From: Octopus sinensis
Lineage: Eukaryota
Assembly (NCBI RefSeq): GCF_006345805.1
Contig: NC_043021.1
Coordinates: forward strand, 25,978,001 to 26,042,000
Length of the DNA: 64,000 bases
Direction: 5' to 3'
Positions 37,511-50,886 of the stretch are shown in pieces. Every line of letters begins with the position of its first letter. The stretch's first letter is position 1. Below the pieces are notes generated by a model. That model had not been told where the DNA came from. It saw only the letters and a program-made list of their open reading frames with translations, and ran no database searches. The position numbers and the translations under genes were made by a program.

Positions 37511-38880
37511 ATAACCTTTCTACTGAAGGCACATGGCCTTGAAATTTGGAGGGAGGGGACTAGTCAATTACATCGACCCCAGTGTATAACTGATACTTAA
37601 TTTATCGACCCTGAAAAGAAGAAAGGCAAAGTTGACCTCGGCAGAATTTGAACTCAGAACGTAAAGACAGACAAAATATTGCTAAGCATTTCACCTGGCG
37701 TGCTAACAATTCTGCCAGCTCGCTGCCCCATAACTAGTTAATAATGTACGAGCTGGCAGAATTGTTAGCACGCCGGGTGAAGTGCTTGGTGATATTTCGT
37801 CGGCCTTTACGTTCTGAGTTCAAATTCCGCCGGGGTCGACTTTGCCTTTCATCCTTTCGGGGTCGATAAATTGAGTACCAGTTATGCACTGCGGTCGATG
37901 TAATTGCCTTAATCCGTTTGTCTGTCCTTGTTTGTCCCCTCTATGTTTAGCCCCTTGTGGGTAATAAAGAAATAGGTATTTCGTCTGCCGCTACGTTCTG
38001 AGTTCAAATTCTGCCGAGGTCAACTTTGCCTTTCATCTTTTCGGGGTCAATTAAATAAGTACCAGTTACGCACTGGGTCGATATAATCGACTTAATCCAT
38101 TTGTCTGTCCTCTCTGTGTTTAGCCCCTTGTGAGTAGTAAAGAAATAGGTATTTCGTCTGCCGTTACATTCTGTGTTCAAATTCCACTGAGGTTGACTTT
38201 GCCTTTCATCCTTTCGGGGTCGATAAATTAAGTACCAGTTGCGTACTGGGGCCGATCTAATCGACTGGCCCCCTCCCAAAAATGTTGGGCCTTGTGCCTA
38301 GAGTAGAAAGGAATAACGTATAGAATATTGTGTCGAAAAATCCCTTTTATTTGAAAAGAAAATCGAAAGCTTCCCTTCGACCTAATTCCATCTGTGTTTT
38401 CAACACAATATTCTGCGCGTTATTACCTGCAGCTCTATGACCAAAGTGGTGAGCTGGCAGAATCGTTAGCACACCGGGTGAAATGCTTCACGTTCTCAGT
38501 TCAAATTCTGCCAAGGTTGACTTTGCCGTTCATCCTTTTGGGAGTCAATGAAATAAGTACCAGTTATACACCAAGGTCGATGTAATCGATGAGACCCCTT
38601 CCTCCCCCAAATTTTCAAGGCCTTCTGCCTAGAGTAGAAATGATTATTTGCAGCTTTATAAAGTGGGGAGCTGGCAGAATCGTTTGCACGTCGGACAAAA
38701 TGCTCTGCGACATTTCGTCCATCTTAATTTTTGAGTTCAAATTCGGCCGAGGTCGCCTTTATTTTTCATCCTTTCCGGGTCGATATAATAAGTAACCAGT
38801 TGAGCATTGAGGTTGATGTAATCGACAAGACCCACACACGAATTTCGGGCCTTGTGCCTAGAGTAGAAAGGATTATTGTA
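37511..38880. mobile_element. Cluster of SINE family C copies: one minus copy head-to-head with a plus copy that has internal ~170-bp tandem repeats, then two more plus copies
   Basis: Repeated GAGCTGGCAGAATCGTTAGC ... CTGAGTTCAAATTCCGCCGAGGTCGACTTTGCCTTTCATCC ... GGCCTTGTGCCTAGAGTAGAAA. Further copies near 26610, 30430, 35840, 48340-49640 and 54840-55190. Confidence 0.85.
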
Positions 38881-39309
38881 GCTTTATACACTTCAAGTTC
38901 CACTGTTAAAACTAATTTAGGACAAACATTGATTTTCTTTTAATGTCTTGAAAAGTAGAGCAATTCCTTTCTTACAACAGATGACATTGAAAAAAAAAAC
39001 AAAAAAGGCAGCTGTTCCTCTGTAGATTCGTTTTTTATTTGCTTTGGCCAACGAGATATAAAAACGTTTCCAGTGTAGACCACCTCCAAAAACAGTCGCC
39101 ATGGCCTGATTTAGATGGAAGAGACATTTTCTTCAGGACATTTCACAAATCTCTGAGTAAAACTAAGGCCTTGGAATCTTCTTTAGAAGAAACAGTTTTA
39201 CAAAGCACTGAAAAAATAAAACTTTCTAATGAATAGAATTTATAGAAACCGCTGAGTTTAACCATGTTGATGTGGCAAGGAGATTCGCTAGAAATAACAG
39301 TCAATAATT

Positions 39310-39650
39310 CACTTTTCTTGCCTTTTGTGATCGATTAAATGTGTACTGGTAATACATTTGGGTTCATTTAACAAAACACAGCGACTGATGGAGAAATCAG
39401 GGATATAAAATGAGTTGGAGGAAAGATTTGATGAGGAGATTAGGCAACGGCGCCAGTTCTGTGTATATGCATTTTGCTTTCGGAACCGCAGAAATGGGCA
39501 GATTTTCTCGAGCACTGAATATCGCCAACTGTCCCAGTTCTTTGTTTTCTCCTTCATGATATTCAAACACCCCAGATTATTCTTCACCACTTCACCCGAT
39601 GTCTTCATGAGTCCCCTTCCTCCTTTATAAGTTCCGTTTACCTTGAGTGG
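39310..39650 (-). mobile_element. Possible R4/Dong-like LINE remnant
   Basis: YKGGRGLM motif, typical of the post-RT region of R4-clade elements. A related 3' end (SPRILRKILEIQGDLSP plus AAT tail) lies on the plus strand at about 48950-49165. Confidence 0.35.
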
Positions 39651-39699
39651 TCAGCACATTTTTATACAGCTGTTGATATGATCGCATGATATGGTTATC

Positions 39700-40950
39700 C
39701 ATATGACCATTCCAACGCAGTCCTCTCTTGCGCACTAAAACTGTTGCCCCTTCTGTCCATTTTTTTTTCTTAATACATTTGTACTTTGTCGTACACAAAC
39801 GTTACTTTTCACATCCAATGGAGCATTCCTTCCCTGTCTCCACATGTCCTCTGCATTCAGAGTCCACATCTCACAACTATATAAAAATGCTGCTCATACA
39901 CAAATATCACACAGCCTGCCTTGCACTTTGAGAGAGAAATCTTTTATGAACAGAGGCAATACTTCTCTGAACGTTTCCCAGCCAGTTCTTATTCTAGCTT
40001 TGCAATTACATCACCAAGTTAAAAGAAGTTATCTAATACCTCTTAAGATTTGAGAAAATCTATTTCCCGAGCACTCTCTTGGTGTTTATTGCTCCTCTGA
40101 ATGTCACATACAAAGTCTACTTTCTCTATCAACCTGCTCCTCACTCTATTACACTTCTTATGTTTAAATGGTTTGCCTTGTGTATGTCACATCAATTCTC
40201 TTCCTATTGACTCAAGGCTATTTCCTTGATGAAAGCAGAGTCCCCTCTCTTTTTTCCTCGTTATTAAAACTTTGCTCTTTGCTAGGTTAACTTTGAAGCC
40301 TTTCGATTCCCGATTCCAGATTTTGTTTCCAAACCTGGAATTTCTTTTTTAATTCTGCAATAGATTCAACCATAACAACGTCTTCAGTATATAGCCGTTC
40401 CCATGAGCAACCAGACTTAAGCTGCTCTGTTATGATCCGTATTTTTATGATGAATAAGAGGGGACTGAACCGAACCCTGATGAATTAACTGCTCATTAAA
40501 TTCGTCGCAATACTCGTTAACCCTTACCTTCTGTACATGGCTTGTATAACTCTTACAAACCATTTGTTTGCTCCTAGGTTTTCGAGTGATCACCAGATTA
40601 CAAAGTGAAGGACCCTATCAAAGGCTTTCTCAAGATCGTCTGCTAAATACAGAAGCTAACTTTTGTAGACTTGGGTGTTGAATGACTGTGGCTGTGTTAG
40701 CGATCTACGACCAAGTTTATCTTAAGTTTTTGATAAGATCATTTCTTTACAAATATCTACAACAGTTGTTTACTGGAGGCTGAATCACTGTTTATCAGTA
40801 GAGAGATATGAATATATCTTGTGTTTTGGTTGAGAATATATGTTCATAGTGGACAAATCATTCTTTTTAACCCAGGGTCGGGGAGTGACCAAGAAACCTG
40901 ACTCCTCAGGAGATGCCAATGTTCCTCTCTTCTATATTTATTGCCATGAT
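39700..40950 (-). mobile_element. Decayed RTE LINE reverse-transcriptase region
   Basis: Fragments GSVQSPLLFII...WE.LYTEDVV (a degenerate YADD) and KKKFQVWKQNLESG, then KGRLCDICV...LYSCEMWTLNAED, the same motifs as 12436-12708. Confidence 0.7.
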
Positions 40951-42099
40951 TTGGCAGGAAAATCATAGAAAGTTCCACTAGAAATATACAATTCAATGAT
41001 CGCAACTGAGATGTTATTAGTTAGAATTCAAGACAAGTTGTCTGATATTCTTCCCTTATTTCTCGTTGCTGGGCCAATGACGATTCCATTCTAAATTCCA
41101 CTACACTTTTATCCAAGATCTTCTGCCTGTACCTCTCTAGGACATATTCAGTTCCTTTCTCAGGCACAAATCTAGTTTACTCCCTCTAATTAATTGAGCT
41201 AGAATTCTTTTCCTAACTTTCATAATCTGGTCCAAACATTTGAATTCGATTCTCCTGTGATTATCTCTACCCGAGGTATCCTATTAACGTTTGACTGTCA
41301 TTTAATATAATTACCTTCCTGTACTAATTAAGTAGGCAACAAGACTGTATCCTACTCTACCAGATATTTTAAGCAACTCAACAGTAATTCCTCAGATTCT
41401 TTTCTTGTGTGTAGTTCGGTTCTGTTGTTAATAAGTGGGTTGGTCTTGCTTCTTTTATCTTCAGGTTCCCAAAGTTTTGTGCCATCGTTTCAAGGGAAAC
41501 CTGGATATATTGGGTGTCGTATATCAGATTTTTTTTTTAATATTGAGGTATTCTTTAACCTGTGTACTATGTTGGTACTTTTAATGTAGAATTCAATACA
41601 TGGGTTTATATACTACGTAGGACCGCAGACATATCATTGATCGAGTAATTGGGCAACGTTCAAACGGCTGTATTTGTCTCGGCTCGTTTTTAGTTAGGAT
41701 CCTCCCCAGAGAGATCCATAATCTGCCAGTTATATATCCAATCCATTGCTACAGATGGCAGCAGTTGTTTTTTCGTAAAAATGTGGCAGTTTCAAAAGAA
41801 AAATGTTACTTATCCCTGAATGTGTGGATTTTGTTAAGAGGTCTGGTGTTTAGTGAAAGAGTAAGGATGAATCATTCTCTGTAAGGACTTTTCAGAATTG
41901 AACAGTGCTGGGTCTTTTTCTTTTCTGCCTCACTGCATTTACTGTGAATCTCATTTCTAACGCAGGTCATTTTAGCTCTGAAGGGTAGAGATGAATTACA
42001 ATACACAAAGAGGCCCCTACATACTGCTTTTCTACAAAAACTAGTGGAATTGGATCCGTTCTGAAGCAGAGACAAGGAAATGGTATTATCGGATGCTCC

Positions 42100-42865
42100 A
42101 TTTTAAATTTTATTTGTTCCTCGATGTTGTTGAACATATTCTATATTTTAAATGACTTCCTCACAAGATGAGGGTTGTTGTGCCCATTCCTAGTCAGCCT
42201 TCAACACTTTGCCCCTCTTCCACAAATCTGGAATGCTCGACATCTTCTGGCAGCACAACATCCACTGTTGCAACTCATACTGGATTCCTCTTAAACCCAA
42301 TTTTTCTCGGCCCATTTGTACTCTGGCACACGGACATGTCACATTCATCAGAGCATGCTAGTTTCATTCGCTTCTGCTCTCCACAAGTCTTCAACATTCA
42401 AGAGCAGAACCTTGCTATCATGGAACATCACTGTTCTAACACCTGCATCATAAAATCTACCCTTCACTCTCAGAGAAAACACCTTTGTTGCCACCAGTGG
42501 TAATAGCTTGCTCACCATTTTTCCAACCAGTTTTTATCTCAATACTACACTTACAGAGCAACCACTTGCCCTGCTTATTTCAGCCAACCTGAAACTCAAG
42601 AGAATGGCTCTCCAATGTGCTCATGACAAATGTTGCTCCAGGGTATCTGCCACATACAAACACCTCTCTGTAAGTCAGCCCCTAATTCCACTGCACCTTT
42701 TGTGTATAGTTTTTGGGGTTTATACCTTCTCCTTTCCTGCATATCAAGCAAAGTCATCCCCTTGATGACTAAAACTTACTAAAACTTTAGTTTCTGCTAA
42801 CTTTGATACCTCTTGATTCTAGGTTTAACTTCCATGCCAGGAATCTCTTCTCTAATTCCAATATA
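42100..42865 (-). mobile_element. Decayed RTE LINE fragment
   Basis: LEKRFLAWKLNLESRGIKV at the right end and GRFYDAGVRTVMFH further left. Confidence 0.7.
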
Positions 42866-42877
42866 TGTATATATATT

Positions 42878-43406
42878 TCCGTGTCAGTGGCACGTAAAAA
42901 GCACCATCCGAATCGTGGCCGAAGCCAGTGCCGCCTCGACTGGCTTCTGTGTCGGTGGCACGTAAAAAGCACCATCCAAATCGTGGCTGAAGCCAGTGCC
43001 GCCTCGACTGGCTTCCGTGCAGGTGGCACGTAAAATGCACCATCCGAATCGTGGCCGAAGCCAGTGCCGCCTCGACTGGCTTCCGTGCCGGTGGCACGTA
43101 AAAAGCACCATCCGAATCGTGGCCGAAGCCAGTGCCGCCGCGACTGGCTTCCGTGCCGGTGGCACGTAAAATGCACCAATCCGACCGTGGCCGATGCCAG
43201 CCTCGCCTGGCTCCAGTGCAGGTGGCACGTAAAAAGCATCCACTACACTCACGGAGTGGTTGGCGTTAGGAAGGGCATCCAGCTGTAGAAACATTGCCAG
43301 ATCAGACTGGAGCCTGGGGCAGCCTTCTGGCTTCCCAGATCCCCGGTCGAACCGTCCAACCCATGCTAGCATGGAGAACGGACGTTAAACGATGATGATG
43401 ATGATG
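42878..43406 (+). repeat. Four 68-bp units plus one 63-bp hairpin unit, followed by the RTE 3' end core and (ATG)n tail
   Basis: GTGGCACGTAAAA recurs at 42887, 42955, 43023, 43091, 43159 and 43222. The 68-bp units contain the stem GAAGCCAGT/ACTGGCTTC. Confidence 0.92.
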
Positions 43407-43618
43407 CATGGGATCAAGCAAGTTTCATTTGTCAAAGTGATACAGTATAGAGTTTATTTAAATCTAGTTTTACTAATAATAATCAGTGCTTGACCAGATT
43501 CTATAATAGAAGCCCCGTTAAACTGGTGATACTTTTAGTTTTAAGGGTGCCTAACTGTCATGAGCATCCTAGAAAAAAATACCTTTTCTTTTTAAAGAAC
43601 ATAATTCATTGTTAAGAT

Positions 43619-43899
43619 AAAGTTTGTTCCTTCTTGAGCCATGCCTGGCTCATAAGGGCCGGTTTCCAGTTTCCTTGGCGTATAGATTGCCCACCTGGTC
43701 CGTTGCAAGATGCAGGACGAAAGAGTGAGAGAAAATTGTGGCATAAGAGTCAGCAGAGGTTCACCATTACCTTTTGCCAGAGCCGCGTGGAGCTTAGGTG
43801 TTTCGCTCAAAAACATACACATCGCCTGGTCTGAGATTCGAACCCGCGATCCCTCGACTGCGAATCAGCTGCTCTAACCACTAGGCCATGTGCCTCCAC
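43619..43899 (-). mobile_element. tRNA-derived SINE, family B
   Basis: Minus strand reads GTGGAGGCACATGGCCTAGTGGTTAGAG (A box) ... GGGTTCGAATCT (B box), followed by a non-tRNA body. Confidence 0.75.
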
Positions 43900-45355
43900 T
43901 GTCAAGAGAAAGTAACTTGTGAATAAAACCAATGGATAAAGGCCCTTGATAATAAACTTAATGACTTGATGTCAGTTTCATCAGGGGTACAAAGGGTTCA
44001 CTATACTAAAAAGATCCAATTCAATAAAAAAAAAAAAAAAAGCAGGGTGGAATAGATTAAAGGAAAGAAAGCAGACATTTGAAAATTCTATATTCATGAA
44101 CAACTCATTCATGGTGGCCACGTCCAGTTGCATAATATAAACTTATCTGTGTATTTACATTTAGTGAACTTAACATTTAAATATGTCTCTCTGATCCCAG
44201 TAAACTTTTTTCCAGTCTCATTCTTTCCCCTGAATATATTTTGCAATAATCTCCATAAGACTGCCATCTTGATACTGTAGTTTGAAGCATTTTATTCATT
44301 TAAAGATCAGATGATGTAACTTAAGAAGCTTGAAGCACTGAGTTATGCAAATGATTGAGACTGTTGATTGAACCTTTCCCTCATAAATCATGACCTTTGT
44401 CTGGTCCGTTCAATGCATTTGTAATGATGTCTTAACATAAGCATGCTTATAAGATATGATTTGCTTCATAAAAGCAATGCAACTAAAACTCATTTTGACA
44501 TTATGTCTATTAAATAGTTTTCTATATCTAAGGTTGGAATTATGCCAAAATTAACCTCATTGATTCAACAATGTAGTTTAGGGTTAGGGTTAGAATCCCA
44601 GCTCCTTCTACGACCTATCTTATCAGGGGGAATTCAGACTTTGGTAGTGCAACACCAAACAGATGGCTATGATATGCAAAGCCTTTCAGCTGGTTGTTTG
44701 TCAACCAATCAACCCGCTTACTAACAGGTCTTCAATTTCTTTAATGTCAAAGACAAAAAGAAGGAACGGTAATTAATGGATTCCAGTGAAAGTGAAAATG
44801 GTAATCTGTGAGGGATGGAATGGGAGAGGACATAGTTAACAATTAGGAGGGTGGCAAAACTGAATGGATCAGTTCAGAAGATAAAGGGAAAAGTTGTTGA
44901 GACTTAGTTACTGATGTTGCTTCAGATTTGAAAAACCTGGAATTTATAGTTATATCCTCAAACCAAACATTTGATCTGTGTTGTAGCATGGCATTATGGG
45001 ATAGGTGCCAGATTGGTTGACCATATTTTCTGGTAACAAGTCAAATTTTTCAAGTAAGTCAACTTATGAACTAAGGCAACTTTGGAGGACCAAAAACTCA
45101 ATGTGGACTGCAGCAAAATTTGGAAAGATAGTGACGATGTTTGACTGCATGCACAGGCTTACAGCATAATCTACAATGACTTGTATGCCAGAAAATACAG
45201 GATGTTAGAGTAGGGCATTATGGGATGCAAACAGGATTGGTCTGTGTTGTGGCATTGCATTATGGGATACATGCTAGGTTGTTGTGGTGTAGAATGAAAC
45301 ATCGCCTGAACAAAGTAGTCAAGCAATGCAGCAGTAAGCCAGTGAGCTGAGAACC

Positions 45356-45398
<43 letters not shown>

Positions 45399-48300
45399 GC
45401 ATTGTTGCCAGTCTTTGTGTGTGAGTAAAAGCAAAAGAGGACACAAACACAAAAAAGTATATTTGTTTTCTTTTAATATACATACATAAACATGTAAATA
45501 TTTATATATACATAAACATGTATGAAGGTGTGTGTGACTGTGTGTGTATATATATATATACACACAGATGTATACATACATATACATGCACATATACACA
45601 CATACATACAAAAGTCCACTTCATTGCTGTCATCATTGGGTTTTACTTCTATTTTTCCACACTAGCATGGGTCAGATGAGTTAGCAATGAGTAGCTGAAA
45701 TCACTTCCAAATGAATAATTGAAACAAGATTACAGTGTTTCACAGAGGTAGAGAGCAAGGGGGAAAAAACCCAAAAAAACTTAAGATGAAGCAGTCAGTG
45801 GAAGGGGGTAATAGACCGGAAAATATTTGGTCTCATGGAAGAAATGATTACAAGACAGAGATATCTGGAAGATTACAAGACAGAGATTGCTGCATGACGA
45901 ACCTGTTGAATTTATACCAGCAATGAAGGATAGGGGGAAAAAAAAAGCATGGAAATTGATGAACATGGATATTTATATATATATACACACGCATACAGAT
46001 ATATATATGTTTGTATGGTATAAATGTGCATGTGTGTGTATATATATATACACACACACATATACATACATGTATAAACATGCATATATACGTGTTTGTG
46101 TGTGTGTGTATGCATATATACATACATATTTTTATGTGTACATATGCATATATATATCTATACACACACACATTCATCTACCCACACACTGGTATCACTT
46201 AATTTAAAGACAAGAGTATTACTGATGATTAAGCTTTAATTATTTCCATTAATTATTTTATCACAATTTAACCTCTATATGAACACAAAATATCTTTACT
46301 CTTTTAAATAATGTAAATTTAAACAAGAAAAATTTGAATTTGCTAAATGCAATTATCGGCAGTATCAATAACGCCACAAAAATGAACATCACTGAATTTA
46401 ACATATTTCCCTCTCACCACAAAATAGAAAACATGAATTAAAAAACAACTATATAACCCCCCCCCTATGGCACTTAGAATATTTGGTCAGTTACCTACAA
46501 AAGGAAACAGAATCTTGTCCCAAAGGTATTGAATTTTTGTGTTTGAAGACATCACTTGGAGTATCTTCTTCATTATTTTTGCCAAAGAATTCATTAAACA
46601 TCTTGGATTTCCTTTGTTGAATATTCTTGTTGAACCATTTCTATAATTTCTTTTCATCAGATTTAAAACCAGAATTTGTGCTTGTCACGGCAACATTTGG
46701 ATTTTCTTGGTTTTTTTTGGTGAAATCCTTGATATTTTTTTTCTTCTTGGAGTTTACCATCATACTGGACAAAAACCTATCACTCACCAGATGATTTTTG
46801 GTTTATGGAAGACTAATTTTCTCCTGCATTTCCAAACTATAATGTTCAATGGAAGAGACCCTTCCTCAGATAAGTAACACAAGATGTTGCCATATTGTCA
46901 GATCTGTGCAGTCTGAGTGAAAATCTTCTCCTTAATCACACTGAACCAACACCTGGGGTATTACTCAAGGAATTAAATTTGGATTCCTCCAACCAGTCAG
47001 AGATATCCATTCTTTAAGTTCCTTAAACTGTACACACATTGGTCTGCAAGAGAAATGTACAATTGTTTTCTATGTGCAGCTTATTCCACAGGACCCAAAC
47101 CATTTCAGACAATTTTCAAAGGCAATTGGCACCAATCTGTATGGGGTGTTTCTATCAACCATAACAGCAACCGTGATTCTGTTCTCCATCAACAAATGGT
47201 GAGTGTATTCACTCATCCTTCCAGCAGCTTTACACAGTTAGCCTGGAACACAGCAGTTGGAATGACTCCTGGTTCCATACAAGTCCACAGCTTGGTCAAC
47301 TGCAGGTTCTGAGCCGGGATTTCAACTAATCCAGTCAGACCCTTTTTAGCCAGGTCCCTGATGTAGAAGTAACCACAACAGACACATTCAAACAGTAAAT
47401 AATAATTAGGCTTAGAGTAAATACATTGAATATTAAAATAAAATACCATATCATATTTTCTCAAAATGTTCTTAAAGTGACGTTTGCTGAGGTGTCTCTA
47501 TTAGTTCTGTCAACAGCTGTATTTGGCTGATTAAATCTGTTTCAAATTTCATAATTGAGGTAAAAAAAAAAAAAAAAACAACAAAAAACCCAATATTTTT
47601 TGTCAAATACAGTTGAAATTGTGATTGAAAAAAATATTTTATAATCATCAGCAAATCTTTCAAATGAAGAAATACCACTGTATATACATATAGCAATGCG
47701 TATACGTGTGTGTGTATGCATGTGTGGATGCATATATATGTGTGTGTGTGTACATATGTAAGAATATATATATACACACACATATATACATGATGAAAGA
47801 TGAATTGTTTATAATCAGATAAACCAAACAAAATTAAAATACTTTTATACATATTTGGGTACCCCACTATTTTTTTTTTTTTTACATCATAAGGTACCCT
47901 TTGAATTATTTTTCTCCCTGCCAAATCAAATCAAATGACATACAATGGGGGTAACAATGGTAGAATATTATTATTATTATTTTACAATCTTGCTTTTTTT
48001 TTTTTTTCATTTTTTATTTCAATGTAGTCACTTCCTTACCGATGTTTCCAAGAATGGTAAAAAGAAGTCTACAAACAACAACAGATTCTTCTTTTGACTC
48101 GGCATCATTAAAAGACAAATCTTGTAAAAGAGCAGTGCAGAGTCAATTGAATTGTCTCCCTTGCTGAGGTTTGGAATTCAGAAAGTAGGGTGGGGGTGGC
48201 TTGTAATAATAATAATAATGATCATACAGATTTAAGGAATGGAAATGTTTCCATGCAGAATGGGGAAGAATCTAACAAGAGAGTCCAATAACTGTATTAA

Positions 48301-50492
48301 AGCCAAATGCCAATTCTAAGAATAATAATGGTTTCAAATTTTGGCATAAGGCTAGTAATTAAAGGGAGTGAGGGGGGGGGAGTTGATTACACTGACCCCA
48401 GTACTTGGTTCATACTTTATTTTATCGACCCCCCCCCTAAAAGGATGAAAGGCAAAGTTGACCTTGGCGGAATTTGAACACAGAATGTAAAGTCGGATGA
48501 AATACCACTCAGCATTTTGTCCAGAATGCTAACAGTTCTGCCAACTCTGCCTAACGATAATGATGATAATAATAATAATAACAATGATAATCCTTTCCAC
48601 TATAGGCACAAGGCTAGCAATTTTAAGAGGAGGAGAAAACTGATAACATCAAATCCAGTTCTCAGCTGGGATTTATTTTATTGACCCTAAAAAAACGAAA
48701 AGCATCGTCATAGTAGTAGTAGTAGTAGTAATAGTAGTAGTAATAGTGGGTGCCTTGAGGGGTGTAAAGAATGAAAACAAAAGTTGAAAAGCAAAATTTG
48801 GAACTGAGATACGTACAGAACTTCTTCAGAAGAAGATGCCACAATAAAGGAACAGCTCAGCTTCTGAGGAAGGTTCTAGAAATAGAAGAGAAGAGGATCT
48901 GAAAACTCTTAGCCACTTATTATGACTCAGTCTCTCAAATAATCAGCAAAAAATTGGTCTGGTTCCTGCAAGAAATGGTTGCACTTGGTCCAATACCAAA
49001 ACTGCTGTCTAACAAGCTGAAAGATATTTAGAATTGAGACTCACACTGCCAACCTGCTAAAAAGAGCCTTCCTGCATTCTCCAAGAATCCTCCGAAAGAT
49101 TCTTGAGATTCAAGGAGACTTGTCACCAAGACAACATCCCTAATAACTAAAGTTTTAATAATAATAATAATCCTTTCTACAAAAGATACAAGGCCTGAAA
49201 TTTTGGGGGGAGGGGACCAGGCAATTACCTTGACCCCAGTGTTTCACTGGTACCTACTTAATCGACCCAGAAAGAATGGCAGAATTTGAACTCAGAACGT
49301 GAGGACGGACGAAATGGCGCAAAATATTTTGCCTGGTCTGCTAATGAGTCTGCCAGATCACCACCTTTCAAATTTTGACACAAGGCCAGCAATTTAGGGG
49401 GAGGGGTGGCTAGTTGATTACATCAACCCCAGTGTTCAATGGAAGGGATAAAGCCTTAAATCTGAGGGTAGAGGGAGAAGGGGTTATTCAATTACATCAA
49501 CCCCAGCACTGGGCTGTACTTTATTTTATCAACCCCAGAAAGATGAACGACACAGTTGACCTTCACAGGATTTGAACTCAGAATGTAAAGAGTCAGAAGA
49601 AATACCACAAGGCATTTTGCCTGACTCACTGCCAATTTACCACCCCAATAATAATAATAATAATTTTTCCCATTGGCATGGCTACAAATTTATTTAGGTG
49701 GTGATAGTGTAAATCAGTTGTAGGAAAGTCAATACATGACAAGTATTGATTGGGTGTGAGTGTGCACGTGTATTATATATTATATATCTATGTATATGTA
49801 TATTGTTGAGCTGAACTCTGCCTTTCATTCCTCCTGTATATGTGTACATTATATATATATATATATATATAGTGTGTGTGTGCGTGTATAAACACAGACA
49901 CACACACACATGCAAAAGAAGACTGAAAGTTAACCTCAACAACATTTGAAGGGCAAAAACCTGATTGAAGCAAAGCAGAAACCCTTTCCCTAACAATTCT
50001 CCTGATTCTTGTCTAAAAATCTTTAATCATTGACACAAAACAAAACCATTTTCAAGAGGGGAGGACTTCTAATATCACATACATCAGTTGGGGAACCTTT
50101 TTTTTTTTTTGTCGATGGCTTAGTACGGAGTAGGGTGGGGGTGGGGGGTCAAAGCAGAATGGCAATGTAGGGCTTCCAAAACTTGCAGGGAAAAGGAAAG
50201 CCACAACCCCTCAGGTACAGTTCATCCAAAGGGATTCCATCTCTCCAGCTTCACTCACAAAGTAGAAGACATTTGTGCAGTGATGAGATTGAACCTGGAC
50301 TGACCTGATTGCAAAGCCAACTTTTGTCCACTTCATTGTCATGCCTGTATCTACATTGAAAGAATGGGTTCCCTGGGAGGATTTCAAACAACCTTATGTC
50401 TCACACATTCTGGGTGAATAGGGAACAGGCTACCTATTATATTGCAAAGCATCTCAGAACAAACCCAATTTCTTCTTTTATAATATATCATA

Positions 50493-50886
50493 TCTTTATA
50501 TATATAAAAGTGAAGTTGTGTGTCTGTCTCCTACGATTTAGATTCCTAACTACTCCCATATTTTGCAGTGCAGTTTAACCAAAAGCGGGTATCTTATAGT
50601 CACGATTCATATCGAGCCCTTCTGGGTATTAGCGCGCATCTACGATGAATCTACGATTTAAAAAAAAACTTACCATCAATTTTTCCCATTTTTAATGCAT
50701 TTTTGGCATATATAAGGGAAGTAACTCTCTAAAAATTTATTATTAAATCTCAGAACGTAAAAAGCTACAGTACCCCCCCCCCTTGTGGTTAGCCATATTG
50801 AGATGGCTGTTATACTTTACATCTCTAAAAATGCTTATATAGTTATTTCCCTTACAAACCCGAGCAATGCCGGGCGATACTGCTAG
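50493..50886 (+). mobile_element. Non-autonomous Helitron (394 bp)
   Basis: Inserted at A|T, starts TC, ends CTAG, with subterminal hairpin CCCGAGCAATGCCGGG just before the end and no TSD. Confidence 0.85.

Noticed and set aside
42887-43222. CRISPR-like array and the overlapping 74-162 aa ORFs
   Set aside because: The units repeat along their whole length with no unique spacers, there are no cas genes, the context is eukaryotic, and the array is part of an RTE 3' UTR. The ORFs are repeat translations.
42100-43406. Twin-priming 5' inversion of one RTE insertion
   Set aside because: The orientation fits, but the minus-strand ORF fragment is heavily decayed while the plus-strand 3' end is nearly identical to other copies, so two independent insertions are more likely.
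44578-44593. Interstitial telomeric repeat TTAGGGTTAGGGTTAG
   Set aside because: Fewer than three units, which is too short to support a telomere-derived origin.
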